Positions 11,111 through 19,939 of a DNA stretch of 64,000 nt are shown piece by piece (the stretch's first letter is position 1; each line of letters opens with the position of its first letter). Source of the DNA: Deltaproteobacteria bacterium (GTDB taxonomy: Bacteria; Desulfobacterota; Syntrophia; Syntrophales; UBA2185); NCBI GenBank assembly GCA_026388545.1, contig JAPLJS010000046.1, positions 23,396-87,395 on the forward strand, given 5' to 3'. Under the pieces are notes generated by a model. The model ran no database searches. It saw nothing but the letters and a program-made list of their open reading frames with translations, and was not told the DNA's origin. A program made the position numbers and the translations under genes.

Positions 11111-11746
11111 TTAATCCTTCAATACTCTTGAAGCAAACGCAGGGTAGATTTTTTTTATGCAGTCAGGGCAAACACCGTGGGTGAATCGTACATCAGAATG
11201 GTTCGAAAAATACTGTTCCAACTGTTGCCAGTATCCTTCATCATCCCTGATCTTTTTGCATCCGGAACATATGGGGAGAAGGCCGGATAGTTGCTTGATC
11301 TCCGCCAAGGCGGCCTCTAGTCTCGATACCAGTTCCTTTTCACGGTCTCTCTTTTTCTTCAACTCCACATGGGTCCTGACCCTGACAAGTAATTCCGAAG
11401 AGTTGAAGGGTTTTGCCACGTAATCTACAGCCCCGGCTTCAAATCCATGCACGATATCTTCCGCTTCGGTCTTCGCCGTTAGAAAAATAACGGGAATCTC
11501 CATCGTATTTCTAGATCCCTTCAATATTCTGCAGACATCAAACCCGTCCATCTCAGGCATTACGACATCAAGAAGAATAAGGTCAAATATGATTTCCCCG
11601 ACCTTTTTGAGAGCGGTTCTTCCATCTTGGGCAAAGGCCATCCGGTAACCTTCATTTTGCATTATATTTGCGATTACTTGTATATCTTGGGGAACATCAT
11701 CGACTATCAATATACTGCAATTATTATCTTGCTTAACGTGCGTCAT
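11111..11746 (-). CDS. Response regulator: REC plus C-terminal four-Cys module
   Basis: 211 aa. REC (LILLDVVMPEMDG...DYVAKPF), then LLPICSGCKKIRDDEGYWQQLEQYFSNHSDVRFTHGVCPDCIKKIYP. Confidence 0.85.
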   Translation of the reverse strand: MTHVKQDNNCSILIVDDVPQDIQVIANIMQNEGYRMAFAQDGRTALKKVGEIIFDLILLDVVMPEMDGFDVCRILKGSRNTMEIPVIFLTAKTEAEDIVHGFEAGAVDYVAKPFNSSELLVRVRTHVELKKKRDREKELVSRLEAALAEIKQLSGLLPICSGCKKIRDDEGYWQQLEQYFSNHSDVRFTHGVCPDCIKKIYPAFASRVLKD

Positions 11747-11770
11747 TGCGTTTCTCCATATGAAAAAAAT

Positions 11771-14700
11771 CTACTTCAGTGACTTTATTTTATCAACAAG
11801 TTCCGGAAAAGAGTTTAGGAGAAGGTTAATATTTTCGATGTCGTAACTACTAACGTGCGCAATCAGGTCGTCTCCGAATTTCTCCAGGTGTTTTAGACCG
11901 TAGTTTTCTCCCTGTGCTTTTACATGCAGTCCGAATCTGCTGATTTCATCAAAAAATCCTCGCTGTTTTGCAATCTCCCATAATGGTATACTCTCCTCTT
12001 CAAGCCGTATGATCGCATCCTTAAGCGCTGCTGGATTATTGAACGCCCATTTAATGTCCCCAAGATCTTTAACAACTTGTTCAGTTATCTCTGTACCAGA
12101 ATATTCGAAACTTTTAACTGATTCTACCACTTGCGTCAAGAAGTGTTCGAAAGTCTCTAAAAGGTTGTCAAGCTTTCCCGGAATTTGTTGCTTAATTCCC
12201 TTTTCCAGTTCAGAGGCAGACCTCTGCAGATCCTTGGCTGATAAATTACCGGCCACCCCTCTTATGGTATGTGTCAATCGTACTGCTGTCTCTGTATCTT
12301 TACGATTCAGTGCGGCTTTAATCTCATCTGTCATACCGGCATAATCACGGGAAAACATTTTTAATAGCTTGGCGAACAGTTTCCTGTTTCCACTTAGTCT
12401 TTCCAGCCCGGATACAATATCGATACCGGGTAGAGTATCGGGAAGACCCGGGTCATTTGCCTGAATATTTACTTCATCACATACTGCTGCAGGCTCATCA
12501 CACCAAACGTGTAACCGGGGTCTCACCCATCGGTTGAGGACTGAGAACAACGCCCCTTTGTTTATCGGCTTTACAACATAATCATTCATTCCCGCCGCCA
12601 GACATTCCTCGCTTGCTCCCTGCATGGCATGGGCTGTCATCGCGATGATCGGTAGCTTCGTGTAGCGGGGATCATCGCGGATCACACGGGTTGCTTCATA
12701 TCCGCTCATTACAGGCATCTGAACGTCCATGATCACTGCGTCATAGTCACATGCACGAATCGTTTCCACTGCTTCTCTGCCGTTATTCGTCACATCAACC
12801 ACCAAACCGGCGCTCTCCAGAATCTCTTTTGCCACCTGTTGATTGATAATGTTGTCCTCAACCAAGAGTACCCGTGCACCGATGATGCTCGTAATCAACT
12901 CAGGTTGGGTGACATCTTTTTTTTTCTTCTTCTGCTCGTCATCCGACCGCCGGGTAAAGTCCGCCGTAAAATAAAAGGTGCTCCCTCTACCAGGGGTGCT
13001 TTCAACCCAGACCTCACCACCCATCACCTCAACAAGTCGTTTGCAGATGCTGAGCCCTAAACCGGTACCGCCATATTTCCTGGTTACGGAACCATCCAAC
13101 TGGGTAAAGGTATCGAAGATTTTCTTCAATGAATCTTGGGGTATCCCGATACCGGTATCCCTGACGGCAAACCGGAGCCGGACAGTTTGAGCTTCCATCT
13201 TTTCCAGACAAACCATAATCGTAACATCCCCTGTGTCGGTAAACTTGATCGCATTGTTGATCAAATTGATTAGTATCTGCTCAAGTCGTAAGGGATCTCC
13301 GACCAGGATTGAAGGTACATCCCCGGTATTCGAAAAGTTCAATTTTATTCCCTTCTCAGCGGCCCTGTCGGAAAACATACTGTAGAGATGATCCATAATA
13401 CTTTCCAGTTCGAATTCCTTATGATCAAAATCCAACTTGCCCGCCTCGATTTTGGAAAAATCGAGTATGTCACTGATGATACCCAGGAGGTTCTGGGAGG
13501 AAACGTATATCTTATGTAAATAATCATGCTGCTTGTCCGATAATTCTGTCTCCAATGCGAGATTGGTTAATCCGGTGATGGCATTTAAAGGGGTTCTGAT
13601 TTCGTGGCTCACGTTGGCCAGAAAGGTGCTCTTGGCACGGTTTGCGGCTTCGGCAACGCGGTAAGCTTCTTCGGCGGCGTCTTTTGCCTGAAGAAGCTCT
13701 ATCTGCGCCTTTTCGCGATCTGCGATTTCTTGTTTCAGAAGAATATTGGTTTTTGATAGCTCGGCGGTCCTTTTTTGGACGCGCATTTCCAATTCATCAT
13801 AAAGCATGGCATTGGTAAGCGAAATCGCTATCTGACCGGAAAGAAGGTGCAATATTTCTAACCGCTCCGGGGTAAAGGCGTTTGTGGTCAGGTTGTTTTC
13901 CAGGTAAAGAATACCACTCAACTGGCCCTGATGAAGCAACGGCATACAGATAATGGATTTTGGTTTTCGAGCCAAAATATCGGGGTCAAGCGTGAAGGTG
14001 CCGTTGTGGGAGGCATCTGCCAAGACCACGGTTTCTCTGGTTCGGGACACATAATTGATAATGGAGACGGGGACTTCTTCATTGATCGACCATCGTCCAT
14101 TTTTTTCCAATACAAGAAAGGCTCGTTGCGCACCTGCGTTCTCGATGAGGATCGACATCAACTTGTCTACCAGCCGATTCAGCACGATCTCGCCGGAAAT
14201 GGCTTGCGAGGCTTTGATCACACTGTTAAGATCAAAGGCGCTGGCGATTTGTTGCTGGGTAGTGAATGTGATTGCAGGTTTTGAGGTGACATTGTCGCGG
14301 CCCGCCGTTGCCTGGGCTAACACCTCGGAATAGCGCGCTTCCAAATCCTGCACCTTGGCCAAAGCCCCCCAGCGCAAATAGGCGTAGCGGGCATCATGCA
14401 AGTAACCTTGAGCGATCTTTGTTTGACTTCGCGCAAGATAGAATTTACCCGCGAGTTCATAAGCCAGGGCTTCATCATTGAGAAATTCGTTTTCGTGCGC
14501 CAGAGCAATGGCTTTATCGTAATACCCTCCGGCTTCCTCGTGGCGGCCTAAAATGCGGGCACACTCTGCCGCTACCAGAGTGAACTTGTGCATATTATTC
14601 ATCGGGGCATGATGCGCCCACTTGGAAAGCTTCTTCTGGTTAAGGCTGACCTTTTTCAGGATGCGTTTTTGTTCAGCCCTTGAAGAGGAACCATAGACCG

Positions 14701-17700
14701 CTATCCGGGCAAGTGAATCGTAAAGACATAAGTAGGGTTCATTTACTGATGCCAACGCTCCTCCTATATGTCTTTCGGCTGCGTTTGCATCTTCAATGGC
14801 TTGAGGGAACTGTTCAAACTGATAATTGCCGAGAAGATTACAGAAATGTGTATACAAAGCAAATACTTGGTCATTCACTTGCTCCTGCGGCAGAATACAC
14901 TTTTCGTCAACACTTTTGAAAATTATCCGGTGTGAGGTTTCACTTCTCCCCAGTAATTTCAAGACAAGCCGGTGAAAAGGTTCAAAGAAGCGTAAAGGCG
15001 ACTCTTGTTTGAGCTGACGTACGGCATTACTGAATACGGTCATGTCACGCTCGACTTCCTCCAGTTGCCTGCCGACGAAGAATGAGCGGACACAGTAGGA
15101 GTGGATGCAACGAGACGCAAACTCTACGTCTCCGGTTTCCAGGCCGCTTTGATATCCCTCACGCAAAGGGGTTAATGTTTCCCAAATAGATTCCTTCCAA
15201 TGTCTTATGAAGGCATTAAATGCAAAAAGAGTCCTGGTTTTGAGTCTTGTGGCGTTGATCTGTTCCAGCATACGTGAGGCGAGCCTTCCGAAACGATAAC
15301 CGCCGTCAATATCTCCTGTTACTCCGCAGAGTATCGTGCCGTACGCAACATAGGCAAATGCAGACTCGGCAGCAGTGCCGTATCTTATAAATAAAGTGAT
15401 CCCTTTAAACGCTATCAATGGCATCAGGTTGGGAGCGGCAATATAAGTTGCAGATCCGATTTTTGCCAGGATGCGCATTGCGGCCAGCTTATGGGGGTCG
15501 GTCATAGCAGGAAGGTAAATCAAATCATCAATATGCTTTCCCGCCAAAGCCATCTTAGTCCTCAGCAATCCGAATAAGATATGTAGTTTATTGGGCCTTT
15601 GTGGAATCTTTACCCCCAATAGTTTAAGTATATAGAGCGCAATTTGCACAGCTTCCATCTGTTTGTTTTGAGCTATACAGGCCTGAATCTTGACCTCATA
15701 CACTTTCACTTCGTCTATCAATGTCTTGGCATTTTTTAGCACAGCCTCTGCCAAGCTCTCCATGGCCTCAAAGTTTCCGCTGAGATAGGCCGCTTCAGCT
15801 GCCTCGACGTACAGCGTCAAGGACAAATCATACTGTGTTTCCCATCCATCCCTTCTCAAAAGTTCAATGCCTGACTGCAAGTAGGAGAATGCCGGATCAT
15901 AAGCCGCAGAGGATTTTGCCTTCTGCCCAGCCAGCAGATTCAATTCAGCCCATTCCTCGCGAATGGTCTGATCTTGAATCAGTTCCCGTCCCTGGTTCAA
16001 TTGATTGACAATATCAAAGATCCGTGCATCGCGCTCAGAGGGTGATGCATTCCGCAGCAGAAGCTGGCCCACCTGCATGTGGATGGCCTGTACTTCTTCC
16101 CTGGAAATGAGCGAATAGAGTGCCTGATGTACCCGGTCATGCGCAAACTTATATTCGACGATAACTTCATCCGCCAACCCCTCCATCTCCAGTGATACAA
16201 ACTTATAGGTCTTGCTCAGCGGTAAGACCATCCCGGCAGTTAATGCCGGCCATAAATCAGCCGCTGTCTCACTTGGCGACTTTTTATACACATCCGCCAA
16301 TATCTTCAGGTCAAATTCATTGCCGATACAGGCCGCTAGTTTTAATGCCTGCTGTGTCTCCGAATGCAACTGCTGCACCTTGCCCGCAATCAAGTCGACT
16401 ACGTTATCCGTGATGCCCTGTGCCTGGATTTGTGCCAATTCCCACTGCCAGCTGCCGTGTTGAAAGTCAAACACAATGAGACCTTCATCATAAAGGTTTT
16501 TCAAGAACTCAAGCAGAAAGAAGGGGTTACCGCCGGTTCTCGCCAGCACCAATTCTGCCAATGGCGTGGCTTGGTCGATAGGGCAGTGTAGGGTATCGGT
16601 TATCATCCTGGTGACATTCAGTAAATCCAATGGTGCGAGGGTAATGGCATTTACCGTCAATCCGGATTTTTTAATCTCTTCCACCGTCTGCATGAGGGGA
16701 TGGGTCGGGCTTACATCATTATCACGGTACGATCCGACGAAGAACAGACATTTGCTTTCAGGAGTCATCAGGAGAAGCTCTATTAACTTCAATGACGCCA
16801 CATCGGCCCATTGCAGATCGTCGAGGAATATCACGAGGGGATGTGCAGGTTTTGTGAATACCCGGATAAAGTTTTGAAATACAAGACCAAAGCGGTTTTG
16901 CGCTTCTATCGGGGCCAGCGCAGGCACGGCAGGCTGTGGACCGATGATCAGCTCCACTTCAGGAATTACCTCAAGTATTACTCCTCCGTTTGGTCCCAGC
17001 GCCACCTGGAGCTTCTCGCGCCAATCCGTGATAGCCATTTCGCTTTCAGTTAAAAGCTGCCGGATAAGCGAACGAAACACCTGAATCAATGCTGAGTATG
17101 GGATGCTGAAATGTAACTGGTCAAACTTGCCGGAGATGAAGTAGCCGCGCCGGAGCGTCACCGGCTTGTAAATTTCCTGCACCAAGGCCGTCTTGCCAAT
17201 GCCGGCATAGCCCGAAATCAGCATCATTTCGGCAGGCCCTGCACTGATTCGCTCGAAAGCGGTAAGCAATGCCTCAATCTCTCGCTCTCGCCCGTACAAC
17301 TTCTGGGAAATCTGAAAGCGGTCAGAGACATCACGTTGTCCAAGCGGGAATGGCTCAATCTTCCCGGCGGTCTGCCACTGTTGAAGACATTTTTCCAGGT
17401 CGGCAAGAAGGCCGTGTGCAGATTGGTAGCGATCTTCGGCATCTTTAGCAAGAAGTTTTAAAACAAGATCAGAGACTGCCATGGGGATATCCGGCTTGAG
17501 TTCATGAGGGGCGGCAGGTTGCTTGGCGATGTGGCAGTGCACTAATTCCAATACATCGCCGGTCGGGAAAGGTATCTGTCCCGTCATCAATTCATAAAAT
17601 GTTGCTCCCAGCGAGTAAAAGTCCGTGCGATAGTCAACCGCCCTGTTCATACGCCCCGTCTGCTCCGGAGAGAGATACGCCAATGTGCCCTCCAACATGT

Positions 17701-18232
17701 GCGGGTTGCTGAAAGTTGGATTTTCCCTTGAGAGGGAGGTTGAAATGCCAAAGTCGATGATTTTGACCTGGCCGTTATTCTTGTTGAAAATGATATTAGA
17801 GGGGTTTATATTTTTATGAATGATTTGCCTCTGGTGGATCTGGGCGAGGGACTTGGTCACCTGGATGGCAAGGGGTAAGAATGTGGCCAGCCCGTTAGCC
17901 GGCAGAGTTGTCTCTCCGTTATTCATCCAACGATCCAACGAAATACCGCCGAAATCTTCCGAGACTATTACAAAGCTAAGATGATGTTTCTCTATACTGT
18001 AAGTAGCTACAACCCCGTCTACTGGATCTTTGGCGCAGGGCCCGGAATTCAAGCCGTGAGCGATTTCGTACTCCCGTTTGAATTGAGCGATTCGTTCCGG
18101 CAAAGGATACTCTTCTCTCAAGGTTTTAAGGATAACAGAAAGATTATCGGCCATCCGATAGGCACGAAAGACAAGAGAATTGTTGCTTTCATAAAGCGTT
18201 TCGCGAATTTTATAGCCTGAGATTGTGAGCAT
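11771..18232 (-). CDS. Multidomain sensor: protein-kinase-like, P-loop (AAA_16/STAND-type) ATPase, helical repeats, GAF, HisKA/HATPase_c, REC, HPt, unassigned C-terminal region
   Basis: 2153 aa. Kinase motifs VILKTL, IIHKNINPSN, DFG, SPE. Walker A GYAGIGKT (aa 341-348). GAF at about aa 1330-1480. H-box SHEIRTPLNAI (His1543, codon 13604-13606). GGTGLGLSICKRLVE. REC Asp1836 (12725-12727). HPt HTIRGVAGNL (His1988, 12269-12271). Confidence 0.92.
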   Translation of the reverse strand: MLTISGYKIRETLYESNNSLVFRAYRMADNLSVILKTLREEYPLPERIAQFKREYEIAHGLNSGPCAKDPVDGVVATYSIEKHHLSFVIVSEDFGGISLDRWMNNGETTLPANGLATFLPLAIQVTKSLAQIHQRQIIHKNINPSNIIFNKNNGQVKIIDFGISTSLSRENPTFSNPHMLEGTLAYLSPEQTGRMNRAVDYRTDFYSLGATFYELMTGQIPFPTGDVLELVHCHIAKQPAAPHELKPDIPMAVSDLVLKLLAKDAEDRYQSAHGLLADLEKCLQQWQTAGKIEPFPLGQRDVSDRFQISQKLYGREREIEALLTAFERISAGPAEMMLISGYAGIGKTALVQEIYKPVTLRRGYFISGKFDQLHFSIPYSALIQVFRSLIRQLLTESEMAITDWREKLQVALGPNGGVILEVIPEVELIIGPQPAVPALAPIEAQNRFGLVFQNFIRVFTKPAHPLVIFLDDLQWADVASLKLIELLLMTPESKCLFFVGSYRDNDVSPTHPLMQTVEEIKKSGLTVNAITLAPLDLLNVTRMITDTLHCPIDQATPLAELVLARTGGNPFFLLEFLKNLYDEGLIVFDFQHGSWQWELAQIQAQGITDNVVDLIAGKVQQLHSETQQALKLAACIGNEFDLKILADVYKKSPSETAADLWPALTAGMVLPLSKTYKFVSLEMEGLADEVIVEYKFAHDRVHQALYSLISREEVQAIHMQVGQLLLRNASPSERDARIFDIVNQLNQGRELIQDQTIREEWAELNLLAGQKAKSSAAYDPAFSYLQSGIELLRRDGWETQYDLSLTLYVEAAEAAYLSGNFEAMESLAEAVLKNAKTLIDEVKVYEVKIQACIAQNKQMEAVQIALYILKLLGVKIPQRPNKLHILFGLLRTKMALAGKHIDDLIYLPAMTDPHKLAAMRILAKIGSATYIAAPNLMPLIAFKGITLFIRYGTAAESAFAYVAYGTILCGVTGDIDGGYRFGRLASRMLEQINATRLKTRTLFAFNAFIRHWKESIWETLTPLREGYQSGLETGDVEFASRCIHSYCVRSFFVGRQLEEVERDMTVFSNAVRQLKQESPLRFFEPFHRLVLKLLGRSETSHRIIFKSVDEKCILPQEQVNDQVFALYTHFCNLLGNYQFEQFPQAIEDANAAERHIGGALASVNEPYLCLYDSLARIAVYGSSSRAEQKRILKKVSLNQKKLSKWAHHAPMNNMHKFTLVAAECARILGRHEEAGGYYDKAIALAHENEFLNDEALAYELAGKFYLARSQTKIAQGYLHDARYAYLRWGALAKVQDLEARYSEVLAQATAGRDNVTSKPAITFTTQQQIASAFDLNSVIKASQAISGEIVLNRLVDKLMSILIENAGAQRAFLVLEKNGRWSINEEVPVSIINYVSRTRETVVLADASHNGTFTLDPDILARKPKSIICMPLLHQGQLSGILYLENNLTTNAFTPERLEILHLLSGQIAISLTNAMLYDELEMRVQKRTAELSKTNILLKQEIADREKAQIELLQAKDAAEEAYRVAEAANRAKSTFLANVSHEIRTPLNAITGLTNLALETELSDKQHDYLHKIYVSSQNLLGIISDILDFSKIEAGKLDFDHKEFELESIMDHLYSMFSDRAAEKGIKLNFSNTGDVPSILVGDPLRLEQILINLINNAIKFTDTGDVTIMVCLEKMEAQTVRLRFAVRDTGIGIPQDSLKKIFDTFTQLDGSVTRKYGGTGLGLSICKRLVEVMGGEVWVESTPGRGSTFYFTADFTRRSDDEQKKKKKDVTQPELITSIIGARVLLVEDNIINQQVAKEILESAGLVVDVTNNGREAVETIRACDYDAVIMDVQMPVMSGYEATRVIRDDPRYTKLPIIAMTAHAMQGASEECLAAGMNDYVVKPINKGALFSVLNRWVRPRLHVWCDEPAAVCDEVNIQANDPGLPDTLPGIDIVSGLERLSGNRKLFAKLLKMFSRDYAGMTDEIKAALNRKDTETAVRLTHTIRGVAGNLSAKDLQRSASELEKGIKQQIPGKLDNLLETFEHFLTQVVESVKSFEYSGTEITEQVVKDLGDIKWAFNNPAALKDAIIRLEEESIPLWEIAKQRGFFDEISRFGLHVKAQGENYGLKHLEKFGDDLIAHVSSYDIENINLLLNSFPELVDKIKSLK

Positions 18233-18410
18233 AGGAGTTAGTGTAAGATAATAAAATTTTCATGGTATCTATCATAATTCATTTAAAAATACCATCTTTC
18301 GTATATCAGGTGAAAATTGTCGATTGAGGAGTTTGTTGCAGTGATGAAGATATGAGAACGATTTACATAAATCATGCGGTAATGAGGGATGCGGTGTAAC
18401 TTAGGCTTTC

Positions 18411-18430
18411 GGACTTTTTATAAAGTCGTC
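18411..18430 (-). repeat. Solo copy of the GACnnnnTTnnTAAAAAGTCC motif
   Basis: The reverse complement reads GACGACTTTATAAAAAGTCC. Compare GACGGCATTGTAAAAAGTCC at 42700-42719. Confidence 0.5.
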
Positions 18431-18439
18431 AAATAATGC

Positions 18440-18467
18440 TTGTCTTTTTATGCTGTATCTATATAAT
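18440..18467 (+). promoter_or_regulatory. Candidate sigma70 promoter for the 18496 operon
   Basis: TTGTCT (18440-18445), 16-nt spacer, TATAAT (18462-18467). RBS GGGGAGGGG lies before the GTG at 18496. Confidence 0.4.
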
Positions 18468-18495
18468 TCGTGCACACTAAGGGGAGGGGTAAATC

Positions 18496-18981
18496 GTGAA
18501 AGTAGGCGTCATATCAGATACTCATCTTACCGGCTATGACGAGAGACTCAGGCGTCTTTTCGATGATTATTTTTATGATGTTGACCTGATTCTGCATGCA
18601 GGAGATTTGGTTGATATAAAAGTACTTGATGCATTTGCGGGAATAGATGTAAAAGCGGTATGTGGCAATATGGATCAACCTTCCGTCAGACAGTTCCTCC
18701 CTGATCGGCTGATTCTCAACCTGAACAATTTTAAGGTTGGGCTCATTCATGGATGGGGAATGCCTTTCGGTATTGAAAATAAGCTCGTGAAAGAAATAGG
18801 GCATGTGGATTGTCTGGTTTACGGTCACACGCATCGGCCGGTAAATGTAGTTAGGGAGGGGATACTCTTTTTCAATCCCGGATCAGCAATGGATAAAAGA
18901 TTTGCATCTCGGAATACTGTCGGCATCCTTGAGATTGGGGAAAAGATTAAAGGGGAAATTATGGAACTTAATGATTTATAA
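18496..18981 (+). CDS. Metallophosphoesterase, YfcE/MJ0936 family
   Basis: 161 aa. VISDTHL, HAGD, GNMD, GHTH motifs. Confidence 0.85.
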   Translation: MKVGVISDTHLTGYDERLRRLFDDYFYDVDLILHAGDLVDIKVLDAFAGIDVKAVCGNMDQPSVRQFLPDRLILNLNNFKVGLIHGWGMPFGIENKLVKEIGHVDCLVYGHTHRPVNVVREGILFFNPGSAMDKRFASRNTVGILEIGEKIKGEIMELNDL

Positions 18982-18992
18982 GGTTTCTTTCA

Positions 18993-19478
18993 ATGGAAAA
19001 AATATACGCACCCTGGAGAATGGCATACATCAAGAGTGAAAAACCGGCAGGTTGTATTTTTTGCAAGGATTCGATCAGGAGCGATAACCTCGTTCTTTTT
19101 GAAGGGAATACTGCTTTTGTAATGATGAATCGTTACCCCTATATAAGCGGTCATCTCATGATCATTCCTTTCAGGCACATAAGTCAGATGGAAGATCTTC
19201 TCACTGAGGAAAAACTGGAAATATTTAACCTGCAGGATATCTCTGTCAGAGTTTTAAAAAAAGCTATGAACCCCGATGGTTTTAATATAGGAATGAACCT
19301 TGGGAAAGCAGCTGGTGCCGGAGTAGACGATCATATCCATGTACATATCGTGCCAAGGTGGAGCGGGGATACCAATTTCATGAGCGTTGTTGGGGACGTA
19401 CGTGTCATTCCCGAAGATATTTATACGACGTGTGAGCTACTTCTGCCGCATTTTAAAGAATATCGTCCGGAGGTCTAA
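18993..19478 (+). CDS. HIT-family nucleotide hydrolase/transferase
   Basis: 161 aa. Histidine triad DDHIHVHIVPRW. Confidence 0.88.
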   Translation: MEKIYAPWRMAYIKSEKPAGCIFCKDSIRSDNLVLFEGNTAFVMMNRYPYISGHLMIIPFRHISQMEDLLTEEKLEIFNLQDISVRVLKKAMNPDGFNIGMNLGKAAGAGVDDHIHVHIVPRWSGDTNFMSVVGDVRVIPEDIYTTCELLLPHFKEYRPEV

Positions 19479-19479
19479 G

Positions 19480-19794
19480 ATGAAGGTTATCTATACGGTT
19501 ATTATTGTTTTGGTTATGCTTTTTGTTATCACGTTTTCGTTGGAAAATACGTTACTCATCAGGTTAAAATATTATGATCTTATGAATATATCGTTGCCAA
19601 CCTATATGCTTGTCTTTATTGCGTTTCTGATCGGCGTCATCTTTACGGGCTTTATGGGAATCGTGGAGAGATTCAGGCTGAACAGGACCATAAATAAGTT
19701 AAATAAAACAATTAGAGAACTCAGAAGAGAAGTCAGAGATAGTAAAAAAGAACCTTTAATTGAGGATGAATATAAAACTCCCGGCGATCAATAA
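19480..19794 (+). CDS. LapA-domain (DUF1049-like) small membrane protein
   Basis: The ATG at 19480 lies one nt after the HIT stop, with GGAGG upstream. Two TM helices are followed by a basic coiled tail. The upstream part of ORF 19387..19794 overlaps the HIT gene and is unlikely to be translated. Confidence 0.65.
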   Translation: MKVIYTVIIVLVMLFVITFSLENTLLIRLKYYDLMNISLPTYMLVFIAFLIGVIFTGFMGIVERFRLNRTINKLNKTIRELRREVRDSKKEPLIEDEYKTPGDQ

Positions 19795-19821
19795 TAAGCG
19801 CATAATAAATCGAATTGCTTT

Positions 19822-19913
19822 ATCTCCGAAAAAGTTGTCAGTTTTTTCAGGATTAGCTGACAGCTTTCAGCTGAATCCTCAAATCCTTTTTGCAACTATA
19901 ATAGGAAAAGAAC
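19822..19913 (+). repeat. Repeat family B, copy 1 (about 90 nt with a 12-bp hairpin)
   Basis: ATCTCCGAAAAAGTT...AGGATTAGCTGA (19849-19860)-cagctt-TCAGCTGAATCCT (19867-19879)...TTGCAACTA. Related copy at 56879-56969. Confidence 0.8.
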
Positions 19914-19939
19914 TATAGATTTGGATACAGTGCTTACAA

